A DNA stretch of 64,000 bases from Terriglobia bacterium (GTDB taxonomy: Bacteria > Acidobacteriota > Terriglobia > Bryobacterales > UBA6623), in contig VXMF01000001.1 of the NCBI GenBank assembly GCA_009841225.1, positions 40,937 to 104,936 on the forward strand, written 5' to 3'. Below are positions 39,354-48,052 of the stretch, piece by piece (position 1 is the stretch's first letter; every line of letters starts with the position of its first letter). The notes below the pieces were generated by a model. It searched no databases. It had not been told where the DNA came from and worked only from the letters and a program-made list of their open reading frames with translations. A program made the position numbers and the translations under genes.

Positions 39354-40364
39354 ATGCGAATCGTCACACTCGCGCTGGCCAGCGCAGCCGCGCTGGCGCA
39401 GCTCCAAGCCGCAACCACCGAAAGCCCGCTCGACCGCAGGGATCTCAGCGGGGGAACCAGAGTCACCGCCAGCGCAGCGCCGTTCTTGGTGTTCCTTGAA
39501 ACCAACTACGGGCGCTACTACGGCGGATGCCTGGGAACCTTGATCTCAAATAGCTGGATCGTGACCGCCGCGCACTGCATTGACGCGACTGGCGGCCGCC
39601 AAATTGCCGTGCGACACATCAGCGGGTACGAAGAACGAAGGTTTGCCCGCCCGCCGGGGCGGGCCGACGAGAGGCGGCACATCACGATCCACGTGCACCC
39701 GGACTACGAACCAGCAACCCCCCAGAGCTGGGAAGACGTTGGAACCGACATCGCGCTCCTGAGGCTACCAAGGCCGTTCCAAGGCTCGAGAATCGCGCCA
39801 GCGCGCCTGCCGACAGCGGCCGAGGCGCTCACGATCCAGCCCGGCCTGACCGTCCGAACAATCGGCAAGACCGGACGCCGCGGCGCAGCCAGCGCCGACT
39901 GGCCGATCTTGGCCAAGCCGCACGCCTCAGCGCTAACCATACGCACCGATCCGGGATCGCGGTTCCTCGAACTCGGCGACAGCGGCGGGCCGACACTAAT
40001 GCAAGTCGGTAACGAATGGGTGCTCATCGCCCTAAACAGAGGCGCAGATACCGAAGGGCAGACACGTTACGACGCGGTCAACATCAGCTACCACCACGAA
40101 TGGATGGCCGGCCTCGGCGTAGACGGGATCGAGCCGCCAGACTCCCAACCGCCGACACCGCCAACACCGCCGAGCACGCCCGAGTCGCGACCGCGAGGCA
40201 AGATCACGCTCACGTTCGAAACCGAGAACCTGACCGGGCTAACCTGCACCTTCGAGACCAGTGACGGCGCCAGCACCCGCGTGAGCGGAAGCAACAGCCG
40301 AAGCAGCATCAGCTGGAACCTCACCGGCCCGTTTCGCAGGAGCATAACCGTCGAATGCGAATGA
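39354..40364 (+). CDS. secreted trypsin-like serine protease (S1 family) with Pro/Thr linker and small C-terminal domain
   Basis: Catalytic triad motifs TAAHC, DIALLRL and GDSGGP. Signal MRIVTLALASAAALAQLQA. Linker PPDSQPPTPPTPPSTPESRP. Confidence 0.88.
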   Translation: MRIVTLALASAAALAQLQAATTESPLDRRDLSGGTRVTASAAPFLVFLETNYGRYYGGCLGTLISNSWIVTAAHCIDATGGRQIAVRHISGYEERRFARPPGRADERRHITIHVHPDYEPATPQSWEDVGTDIALLRLPRPFQGSRIAPARLPTAAEALTIQPGLTVRTIGKTGRRGAASADWPILAKPHASALTIRTDPGSRFLELGDSGGPTLMQVGNEWVLIALNRGADTEGQTRYDAVNISYHHEWMAGLGVDGIEPPDSQPPTPPTPPSTPESRPRGKITLTFETENLTGLTCTFETSDGASTRVSGSNSRSSISWNLTGPFRRSITVECE

Positions 40365-40688
40365 GCCGGGGAGATCGGGTAGCAAGAATCACGTCGAAGT
40401 AACGCAATCCAGTTTGAGCTAGAACAGCGAATCTGTGGCGCAGCACGGCAACGATCACGGAGCGCTCGCCCAACCAGAGCGCCAAGCGATGGCTGGGCAC
40501 CGGTACGCCCGCCTGTTCGATCAGCGGCGGACCGGCCAACTCTCCGCCGTCAACGCCAACAGCGACCATCAGCAGCTAGCCAAGCAGCGCGGCACACAGC
40601 CGCTACAAGAAGGCGCGGGCTGGTTCGTCGCATTGATGTTCCTCAAGATTCACACGCTGCCCTCCGCGGGAATACGGCAGCCCGCCTG

Positions 40689-41915
40689 TCACGCTCCGAA
40701 GAATCCAGACAGCGCCACGAAGCACATGTAGAACGAGAACAGCACCGTAACGCCCAGGCCCGCATTGAGGGCGAGCGAGGGGCGGTCAGGCCCGCAAACC
40801 TCTTCCTTGTTCAGCAGTAGCAAAACAAACAGCGCCAGCAGCGGCATCGCCACCGGGCTGACGGCCTGCGAGGCGATCATGATCTGCACGGGCCTGCCGC
40901 CCAGCACGGGCACGACCAGTCCGAACAGCGCAGCTCCGACCACCATCGCCCGGAAGGCGGCCCCGCCCATCTTGCGCGGCAAGCCGAGGAAGTCCGCGGC
41001 CATCCACGGCCCGAGCAGGTAGTTCGGAAACAGCGACGAGAGGCCGGCCGCGATGATGCCGATCACGAAGCCGCCCGTTGCCAGACCGCCGGCGAGCGGT
41101 TCCAAGGTCTTGACCATATCGATCGCCGCGTCGATCTCCATGCCCTGACGGTGGAGAGTCCCCGCGGCGCAGGCCATGATGGCGGCGTTGATGAAGAACA
41201 GCAGCGTCATCGAGAACCCGGAGTCCCGGTTCACAACTGGCAGGTCGCTCGCGCTCCAGCCCTCTTCTTTCACCAGCACGCTGCGGGTGAACAGCACGAC
41301 CGACGCCATGGTCGTGCCCACCATGCCCGCGATCAGCAAGCGCGGATTGCCGGAAGTGGGAATGCTGGGCACCAAGCCGGACACTAGCTCGCCGGCTCCG
41401 GGCAGGACCAGCGCGGAGGTGAAGAAGAACGCCAAGCCCATCACTCCAACCAGCGCAGCCAAGACTTTGAGGAAGAACCCGTGGCGACCCACCCAGTACA
41501 GGCCGAGCAGGAAGGCAGTGAATACGATGGCCGCAAGCAAGGGATCGGCCGCGATGCCCAGGGCCGACGAGCACCATTCGCTGAAGACGTCGGCCACGAT
41601 GGCCATCACGCCGATGATGGACGTGATCTGCGTGGCCACGAGCGAGAGGATCATCAGCACCGTGACAGGCGTGCCGAAGTGGCGCCGGAATAGATACAGC
41701 AGGGTCTGGCCAGACAGGATCGTCAGCCGGCTGATGCCGACGATCATCAAGTGCGTAAACACCGAGGCCAGCGCCAGCGTCCATGTCAGCGACATGCCAT
41801 AGCTGGCCCCGGCCGAACTCATCGTCGTGACACTGCCCGTGCCCACGACGTAGCCGATGATGAAGATGCCCGGCGCCAAGCTGGCGGCCGCGCGCTTGAC
41901 GCGCTTCCAGTCCAT
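40689..41915 (-). CDS. Nramp (SLC11)-fold transporter with non-canonical metal-site motifs
   Basis: Colinear with MntH (IGY..., AGASYGMSLTW, IAAGLSSL). TM1 DPGN is replaced by GTGS (res 25-28). The TM6 ...MPH region reads GTTMASV (res 200-206). Confidence 0.75.
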   Translation of the reverse strand: MDWKRVKRAAASLAPGIFIIGYVVGTGSVTTMSSAGASYGMSLTWTLALASVFTHLMIVGISRLTILSGQTLLYLFRRHFGTPVTVLMILSLVATQITSIIGVMAIVADVFSEWCSSALGIAADPLLAAIVFTAFLLGLYWVGRHGFFLKVLAALVGVMGLAFFFTSALVLPGAGELVSGLVPSIPTSGNPRLLIAGMVGTTMASVVLFTRSVLVKEEGWSASDLPVVNRDSGFSMTLLFFINAAIMACAAGTLHRQGMEIDAAIDMVKTLEPLAGGLATGGFVIGIIAAGLSSLFPNYLLGPWMAADFLGLPRKMGGAAFRAMVVGAALFGLVVPVLGGRPVQIMIASQAVSPVAMPLLALFVLLLLNKEEVCGPDRPSLALNAGLGVTVLFSFYMCFVALSGFFGA

Positions 41916-42006
41916 TCGGGCGCAAGCATATCACCACGCCCGCGGCGACTTCCGAGCGGCTGCGATACGTCGCCATTGGCGCTTGCGTCATACTCAACTG
42001 AAGGCT

Positions 42007-43578
42007 ATGCAGAATTTGGCTTTGCGATTCCTCACGCTACTGCTGGCGTTGGCAGCCACTTTGGCCGCGCAGCGCGTGGAGGTCGAAGAACTCACCCTCG
42101 ACAACGGCATGACGTTCCTGCTGTTGCCGCGAGAGGGCGACCCGAACGTCGCTGCGGGCTGGATCTCGAAGTTCGGATCCGTCAACGAGAGACCGGGAGT
42201 GACCGGCGTCGCTCACCTCTTCGAGCACATGATGTTCAAGGGCAGCCATGCCATAGGCACCAAAGACCTAAAGCGCGACCTCGAAATCATGGACGAACTC
42301 GACGGGCTGTATGCCGAGATGGAATCCGAACGGGCCAAGCTGCTGGAAAAGCAGCGGCGCGGGCTCATCGCGGACGCCGACAATCCGGCTGTCCGCAGCC
42401 CTGAGCACAGCGAGCTCTTGGAACGCTTCAGCCGGCTCATCGCCGAACAGCAGGAATTAATCGTCAAGGACGAGTTTTCGCAGATCTACACCCTCAACGG
42501 TGGATCGGGAATGAACGCCGGCACCAGCAACGACTACACGATCTACTTCATCAACATGCCATCCAACAAGCTGGAGCTGTGGTTCTGGATGGAGTCCGAT
42601 CGGCTGGCCCAACCTGTCTTCCGTCAGTTCTATGCCGAGCGAGACGTGGTCAAGGAAGAACGTCGGCTGCGGGTTGACTCCACGCCCACCGGCAAGCTCA
42701 ACGAGCAGTTCGAGTCTATGTTCTGGCAGGCCTCGCCGTACAGCTGGCCGGTGATCGGCTGGCCTTCTGACCTGAATTCCATCACCCGCGACGAGGCCAT
42801 GGAGTACTTCGACACGTACTACGCGCCGAACAACTTGGTAGCGTCTCTGGTCGGCGACTTCGACATCGAACAGGTCAAGGGCCTGGCCCAGAAGTACTTC
42901 GGGCGTCTGGAGCGCAACGAGCGCGAGCCGGGTGCCGTGCGCACTCGCGAAGTCGAGCAACAGGCCGAGCAGCGGCTCAGCGGGCATGCCGAGACCCGGC
43001 CGCAGGCCACCGTCCGTTTCCACACGGCCCCCGACGCCCATGTAGACGAGCCGGCATTGATCGTGCTGTCGTCTCTGCTGAACGGCCGCACGGGCCGGCT
43101 CTACAAGTCCCTTGTCCTAGAGAAACAGGTGGCCGTCCAAGCCGGAGCGGGAGTCGACGGGCGCAAGTACGACGGCTCGTTCCAGGTTTCCGGCGTGGCC
43201 GCTCCCGGCTCGACGCCCGAAGACGTGGAAAAGGCGCTGCTGGAAGAACTAGACCGCATCGCCGCCGAACCCGTGGCCGAGCGCGAGCTGCAGAAGGTCA
43301 AGAACCAGCAGCTTGCCGGAGACTTCCGCAAGTTGCAGTCGAAGTTCGGATTGATGTTGCAATTGCTGACGTACGAAGCGCTGGGCGAGTGGGAGAACAT
43401 CAATGTCTTCTCGGAGCGCATACAAGCTGTGACGCCGGGGGACATCCAGCGTGTCGCCAAGAAGTACTTCACCGAAACGAACCGCACGGTGGCCCTGTAC
43501 TACACGAAGGAGGGCGCAGGCCCGCCCGGGGGCCGAGGTGGCGGGCGCGGGCGGGGACCGCAAGGAGGTCGGCCATGA
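42007..43578 (+). CDS. M16 family zinc metallopeptidase (catalytic subunit), exported
   Basis: HxxEH in AHLFEHMMFKGS. Signal MQNLALRFLTLLLALAATLAAQ. The 5' extension in the track (41857..) overlaps the divergent transporter gene. Confidence 0.9.
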   Translation: MQNLALRFLTLLLALAATLAAQRVEVEELTLDNGMTFLLLPREGDPNVAAGWISKFGSVNERPGVTGVAHLFEHMMFKGSHAIGTKDLKRDLEIMDELDGLYAEMESERAKLLEKQRRGLIADADNPAVRSPEHSELLERFSRLIAEQQELIVKDEFSQIYTLNGGSGMNAGTSNDYTIYFINMPSNKLELWFWMESDRLAQPVFRQFYAERDVVKEERRLRVDSTPTGKLNEQFESMFWQASPYSWPVIGWPSDLNSITRDEAMEYFDTYYAPNNLVASLVGDFDIEQVKGLAQKYFGRLERNEREPGAVRTREVEQQAEQRLSGHAETRPQATVRFHTAPDAHVDEPALIVLSSLLNGRTGRLYKSLVLEKQVAVQAGAGVDGRKYDGSFQVSGVAAPGSTPEDVEKALLEELDRIAAEPVAERELQKVKNQQLAGDFRKLQSKFGLMLQLLTYEALGEWENINVFSERIQAVTPGDIQRVAKKYFTETNRTVALYYTKEGAGPPGGRGGGRGRGPQGGRP

Positions 43579-45071
43579 AGCGCCGGGACTGGATCAAGAC
43601 AGCCGCAGGCGGCGCTCTGGCGACGCTGGCACAAGCCCAGGACGGCCTGCCGGAGCACCCGCGGGATCTGGTGTTCCCCAAGCTCTCTTACGACCCTCCC
43701 GACCCGTCCGAGTACCGCCACGAGCTGGACTCAGGGGCGGTGGCGTACTTGGTAGAAGACCATCAACTGCCGCTGGTATCCATCGGGCTGACGCTGCGCG
43801 CGGGCGCATACCAGGTGCCGGCCGAGAGCGCGGGCTTGGCGGGATTCACCGGCAGCCAGATGCGCTCAGGCGGCACCACGAACCTCAGCGCTCAGGATTT
43901 CGACGAGGAAGCGGCCTTCCTCGCGACGCAGATCGGCGCGAGTATCGGGGCGACATCCGGTGGTGGTTCGGTCAATTGCTTGACGCAGAACCTCGACCGC
44001 TCGCTGGAACTGTTCTTCGACGTGCTCAAGCGCCCCGGCTTCGAGGCGGAACGGCTTGAGATTGCCCGAGCCCAGACCCTGCAGGGACTGGCCCGCCGCA
44101 ATGACCGGCTGGACCGGATCCAGTCGCGCGAGTTTCGCCGGCTCACGTACGGGGACCACTTCACCACCATCCAGTCAACCCAGGCGTCAATCGAGTCGAT
44201 CTCGCGGGAAGCCATGCAAGAGTTCCACGCCCGGAGCTTCGATCCGCGGCGGATGTTCTTCTCGGTGTCCGGCGATTTCGACACCCAAGACATGATCCGG
44301 CGGCTCAACGAGGCCCTGGCGGACGGCTGGCCGGACGGCCCGGCAGAACCGGCCGAGATCCCGGCCCCCTCTCACGAACCGCAGCCTGGCGTCTACATGG
44401 TCAACAAGACCAGCCGGGACGTGAACCAGTCCCACGTGGTCCTAGGACACCTAGGGATACACCGCTTCGACCCCGATGCCTTCAAGGTGCGCATCATGAA
44501 TTCCGTCTTGGGCGGGGGCGGCTTCACCTCGCGCATCATGGTGCGCGTCCGCTCGGACGAGGGCTTGGCGTACAGCGCCTACTCGCGCTTCCAGCCGGGC
44601 ACGTACTACCCGGGCACCTTCTCGGCCGGCTTCCAGTCGCGCAACGCCACGTGCGCGCAGGCGGCGGCGATCGTGGTCGAGGAAATCGAGCGCATGCAGA
44701 ACGACAAGATCACGGCCAGGGAACTGGACACGGCCAAGAATTACCAGATCGAGATCTTTCCGCGCTTCTTCGCCACCGCCGGCCAGGTCGCCGGGACTTT
44801 CGCGAACGACGAGTTCACCGGGCAGAAGAAGGACTATTGGAAGACGTATCGCGAGCGCGTCGGCGACGTCAGTGTCGACGACGTGCTGGAGGCCGCCCAA
44901 CAACACCTGCACCCGGGCAAGTTGGTGGTGCTGGCCGTCGGCGACCGCGAGGCCATGCTGCAGGGCAACCCGGACAAGCCGGAATTCAGCTTCGAGAAGC
45001 TTGCCGGCGATGTCGGCATCCGGGGGATCCCGCTGCCCGACCCGCTAACGATGCAATACCCCGAGGCGTAG
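43575..45071 (+). CDS. M16 family peptidase-like protein lacking HxxEH (non-catalytic partner subunit)
   Basis: M16 fold-like sequence with no HxxEH. Tat-like MKRRDWIKTAAGGALATLAQA. ATGA overlap with the upstream M16 gene, with AAGGAGG upstream. Confidence 0.85.
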   Translation: MKRRDWIKTAAGGALATLAQAQDGLPEHPRDLVFPKLSYDPPDPSEYRHELDSGAVAYLVEDHQLPLVSIGLTLRAGAYQVPAESAGLAGFTGSQMRSGGTTNLSAQDFDEEAAFLATQIGASIGATSGGGSVNCLTQNLDRSLELFFDVLKRPGFEAERLEIARAQTLQGLARRNDRLDRIQSREFRRLTYGDHFTTIQSTQASIESISREAMQEFHARSFDPRRMFFSVSGDFDTQDMIRRLNEALADGWPDGPAEPAEIPAPSHEPQPGVYMVNKTSRDVNQSHVVLGHLGIHRFDPDAFKVRIMNSVLGGGGFTSRIMVRVRSDEGLAYSAYSRFQPGTYYPGTFSAGFQSRNATCAQAAAIVVEEIERMQNDKITARELDTAKNYQIEIFPRFFATAGQVAGTFANDEFTGQKKDYWKTYRERVGDVSVDDVLEAAQQHLHPGKLVVLAVGDREAMLQGNPDKPEFSFEKLAGDVGIRGIPLPDPLTMQYPEA

Positions 45072-45088
45072 GCGGAGCGGGCGGGCGC

Positions 45089-45964
45089 TCAGCGGCCCAG
45101 CTGGTCCCGGATCCTGCGGTAGATGGCCTGGGTGGCCGTGGAGTGGTTCAGCGTGTAGAAGTGCAGCCCGGCGACGCCCTCGGCTAGCAGGTGCCTGCAC
45201 TGGGCGGTGGCGTGGTCGATGCCAACCGCCCGGACCTGGGCGGGGCTCGCCTGCACCGCCTCGAGTCGGGCCAGCAACTCGGCCGGTATCCGCGCGCCGC
45301 ACATCGTGGCGAAGCGCTGGGTCTGGCTGAGGCTCCGGACTGGCATGATGCCGGCCAGCACAGGCACGGAGATTCCCGCCGCGACAGCCCGGTCGCGAAA
45401 CCTGAGGAAGTCATCGTCATCGAAGAAAAGCTGGGTGATCAGGAAGTCGGCCCCGGCATCGACCTTGCGCTTCAGATTCGCGAGATCGTCTTCCGGGCTG
45501 GCAGCCTCCGGATGGGTCTCCGGGTAGCATGCGGCACCGAGGCAGAAGCTGTAGCGCTGGCGGATGAAGCCGACCAGTTCGTTGGCGTAGCGAAATCCGC
45601 CCGGGACAGGCTCGAAGCGGTCGGAGCCTCTGGGCGGGTCGCCGCGCAGCGGCAGGACGTTCTCGATCCCGTCGGCCTCGAGCGAATCAAGCACGTCCGC
45701 AATGTGCTCGCGCGTCGATCCAACGCAGGTGATGTGGGCCATCGCTTCGATGCCCGCATCACGCTTGATGCGCTTGACGAGCTCAACCGTCTTGTGGCGT
45801 GTGCTGCCACCGGCGCCGTATGTCACCGAGACATAGCTGGGGCTTAGCGGGCGGAGGGCGTCAATCGTCTCGAACAGGGGACCGAACCCGTCTTCTTCCT
45901 TCGGCGGAAAGAACTCGAAAGAGACCGTCGGCGATCCGGGCGCGAGCATGTGGCGGATCTTCAT
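45089..45964 (-). CDS. metF: methylenetetrahydrofolate reductase
   Basis: VSFEFFPPK, SVTYGAGGSTR, HITCVG, NVLPLRGDPP: characteristic MetF motifs. Confidence 0.93.
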   Translation of the reverse strand: MKIRHMLAPGSPTVSFEFFPPKEEDGFGPLFETIDALRPLSPSYVSVTYGAGGSTRHKTVELVKRIKRDAGIEAMAHITCVGSTREHIADVLDSLEADGIENVLPLRGDPPRGSDRFEPVPGGFRYANELVGFIRQRYSFCLGAACYPETHPEAASPEDDLANLKRKVDAGADFLITQLFFDDDDFLRFRDRAVAAGISVPVLAGIMPVRSLSQTQRFATMCGARIPAELLARLEAVQASPAQVRAVGIDHATAQCRHLLAEGVAGLHFYTLNHSTATQAIYRRIRDQLGR

Positions 45965-46029
45965 CGCCGAGACACCTCAGGCTATCACGAGGATTCCCAA
46001 TGGCGGCGCGAGCGGGCGCGGCGGACCGG

Positions 46030-46050
46030 CACCCAAGCCAGTCTTGGGTG
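46030..46050. other. perfect 8-bp-stem hairpin in the 242-nt metF leader / PIN-gene trailer
   Basis: cacccaag-ccagt-cttgggtg read directly. Function unknown. Confidence 0.3.
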
Positions 46051-46206
46051 ATCTGCTCGTTATCGAGCGCCAAGATGCAAGCTAGAGCAACCTTGGCCGT
46101 TGCTTCCCGCTTGAAGGCGTTGGATCTGAGTGCCCCAAAGCCATTCGAAGCAGAAGCCATGCCACCGGCAGCCTGAACTCACGGACCCGTGGTTCCTAAG
46201 TGCCGG

Positions 46207-46716
46207 CTACTCCGCCTTCTTGTACCGCCTGATTCGCGCCGCGAGTTCACGTCGGGGCAACCGGACGTTCGGATCGTCGGTAAAGTCGCGAAGGACCGCT
46301 AGCAAGACTTTGGTTGGTGCAAGGCCCGCGTTGTGAATCTGATCGATCACCCAGAGAGTCCCGTGGACCTCCAAGCGGTAACTTTCGGCGAGCGCCCTCA
46401 AGCCACTGTCACCCGTGAGCAGCATGCGGTCCTCGCAACTGTCAGCAAGGGCGAATGCGAAGGCGTCATGAATTGAGAGTTGCGGGTAGTCACCAACGAT
46501 CGCTCGGGCACGAAGGACGCTCTCCGCTGGCACCTCTACTACTTTGAGCCCTCCCTGCAAGAGCAAGTCCTTCTGGGCGGGCGTGAACCGGACCAATTCC
46601 TCCTCGAAGAGCGCGTCCGGGATTAGGACCTCATACGGTAAGTCTAGGAAGGCCTCGAGCAACGACGCCTTCCTAAGGTCAATAAGGCAACTGCTGTCAC
46701 TGACTATCAGGCGCAT
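46207..46716 (-). CDS. PIN domain protein (putative toxin/RNase) with C-terminal extension
   Basis: MRLIVSDSSCLIDL (first Asp), ...EE..., HDAFAFALA, LLTGDSGL: acidic PIN quartet. 20-nt overlap with the upstream XRE-ImmA gene. Confidence 0.8.
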   Translation of the reverse strand: MRLIVSDSSCLIDLRKASLLEAFLDLPYEVLIPDALFEEELVRFTPAQKDLLLQGGLKVVEVPAESVLRARAIVGDYPQLSIHDAFAFALADSCEDRMLLTGDSGLRALAESYRLEVHGTLWVIDQIHNAGLAPTKVLLAVLRDFTDDPNVRLPRRELAARIRRYKKAE

Positions 46717-47839
46717 TGGCGTGCTGCGGACCCTTTAGGCCTGCCTCTACTTCCGGAAGGGGTATTCTCAGCAGTTCCGTACCCTTCGCGAGCGAGATCA
46801 AGCCCTCTGCGAGTGCGCGGTAGCACAGGCGCTCGAACCGGGCTGGGCGTTCGCGCTGTCCCCGCTGGTTGATAGGTTCGATTTCTTCGGGTTCCTTGGT
46901 TCGCCAGCCGCGAGCGACCGTTTGGTAGGTGTAGGTGAGCTTTGATTTGCTGATCACGTTCAGCTGCCACAAACGAACGAGTAGCGCTGCCCCACTGACT
47001 CTATAAACGTGCTTGAGTTCGATCAGTTCCTTGTAGCCTAGGGCGTTTCGACGCTTTCCGACTTCGCGCAGCAAGTGTTCCCGGGGCATCAGGAACGCGC
47101 CAGCGAATATGTTGGCGGCTTCTTCTTCATACCGATCCGATAGGGTATCGGTGTTTATCAGTCGATGAGCCAGCTCGTGGGCCAGCGTGAACCGGCGGCG
47201 TTCAAGAGTGAATCGATCGTTCGCTACGACGACTGGCAACTCCGTCTGTCCGTTGGAACGCCTGACGAAGCAGGTGAGTCCAGAGACGCGGTCGGGCAAC
47301 ATGACGGTAAGAACCTTCAGTCCCTTTTCCTCGAGCAATTCGGTCATGTTGGGGATTGGGTCGATTCCCAAGCGCCATTCCTCACGTGCATCGGCAGCAA
47401 GCCGTTCCGCATCGTGCACTTGGCCTAGCTCCCTCGGTGGTTTGATCGGGCATTGCCAATGCGCACTGTCGAGCTCCAGCACGGCCTCAATTTGCAAATA
47501 GCGTTCGATCCACTCAAGCACCTCCGTTTCGACCTTTGCCCGATCCCGAGCAGTCGTGTTGGTCTTGGTGCGGAACTCGACTCCTTGGATCTCGATGTCC
47601 TGGGTATCCATCAGGTAACTCACAGACACGCCCATGGCTCTTGACAACGCAATCAGGACACCCGAACTGGGGATACTCTCCCCTCGCTCATACTTCCCGA
47701 TTGCTTGAGCCGTCACTCTTCCGTCGATGGCGTCCGAGAGGCCCCGCAGCGACAGCCCGGACTTGCGGCGCGCCAGTCTAACTCGGTCAGCAATCATGTC
47801 TCCGCCCAGAGCAGGAGTTTCCAATTGACCTGCTTCCAT
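46697..47839 (-). CDS. fused XRE-family HTH + ImmA/IrrE (M78, COG2856) zinc metallopeptidase
   Basis: HTH_3 segment (RVRLARRKSGLSLRGLSDAI...IGKYERGES.PS...L..LSRAMGVSVSYL). HEXXH with family context (RRRFTLAHELAHRLI...EEEANIFAGAFLMP). Alternative start at ATG 47797 (MIADRVRLAR). Confidence 0.88.
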   Translation of the reverse strand: MEAGQLETPALGGDMIADRVRLARRKSGLSLRGLSDAIDGRVTAQAIGKYERGESIPSSGVLIALSRAMGVSVSYLMDTQDIEIQGVEFRTKTNTTARDRAKVETEVLEWIERYLQIEAVLELDSAHWQCPIKPPRELGQVHDAERLAADAREEWRLGIDPIPNMTELLEEKGLKVLTVMLPDRVSGLTCFVRRSNGQTELPVVVANDRFTLERRRFTLAHELAHRLINTDTLSDRYEEEAANIFAGAFLMPREHLLREVGKRRNALGYKELIELKHVYRVSGAALLVRLWQLNVISKSKLTYTYQTVARGWRTKEPEEIEPINQRGQRERPARFERLCYRALAEGLISLAKGTELLRIPLPEVEAGLKGPQHANAPDSQ

Positions 47840-47843
47840 ATGT

Positions 47844-47873
47844 ATTGTAAACTAAACGATTCGCGCTTGGCAA
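47844..47873 (-). promoter_or_regulatory. sigma70-like promoter TTGCCA-18-TACAAT directly upstream of the XRE-ImmA gene
   Basis: Minus strand reads TTGCCAagcgcgaatcgtttagttTACAATacatATG. The -10 ends 4 nt before ATG 47839, so the mRNA is leaderless or has a very short leader. This is the least GC-rich stretch I noticed while reading. Confidence 0.45.
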
Positions 47874-48052
47874 GCCCACTGCCACCCCAGCGCTTCTTCC
47901 ACGGAGCACAGAAAAAGGTGGAGTCGGGCGAATACGACTTCGGCGTTGATAGCAAATATGGGACGCAATCTCTTCGCGTTCGGGGCAATGGAGGCCTTCC
48001 AGACAAGGCTACAATTGCGATGGCGAGCGCAACAACCGGCTCGGAGAGCAAC

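Noticed and set aside
45965-46206. Possible SAM-I riboswitch upstream of metF (the plus strand has cucguuaucgag...gcaacc, reminiscent of SAM-I P1/P3).
   Set aside because: The resemblance is on the wrong strand for metF. The GAGGGA/GGCCC core elements are absent. No SAM-II or SAH core was recognisable on the correct strand. The region is kept only as a low-interest leader observation.
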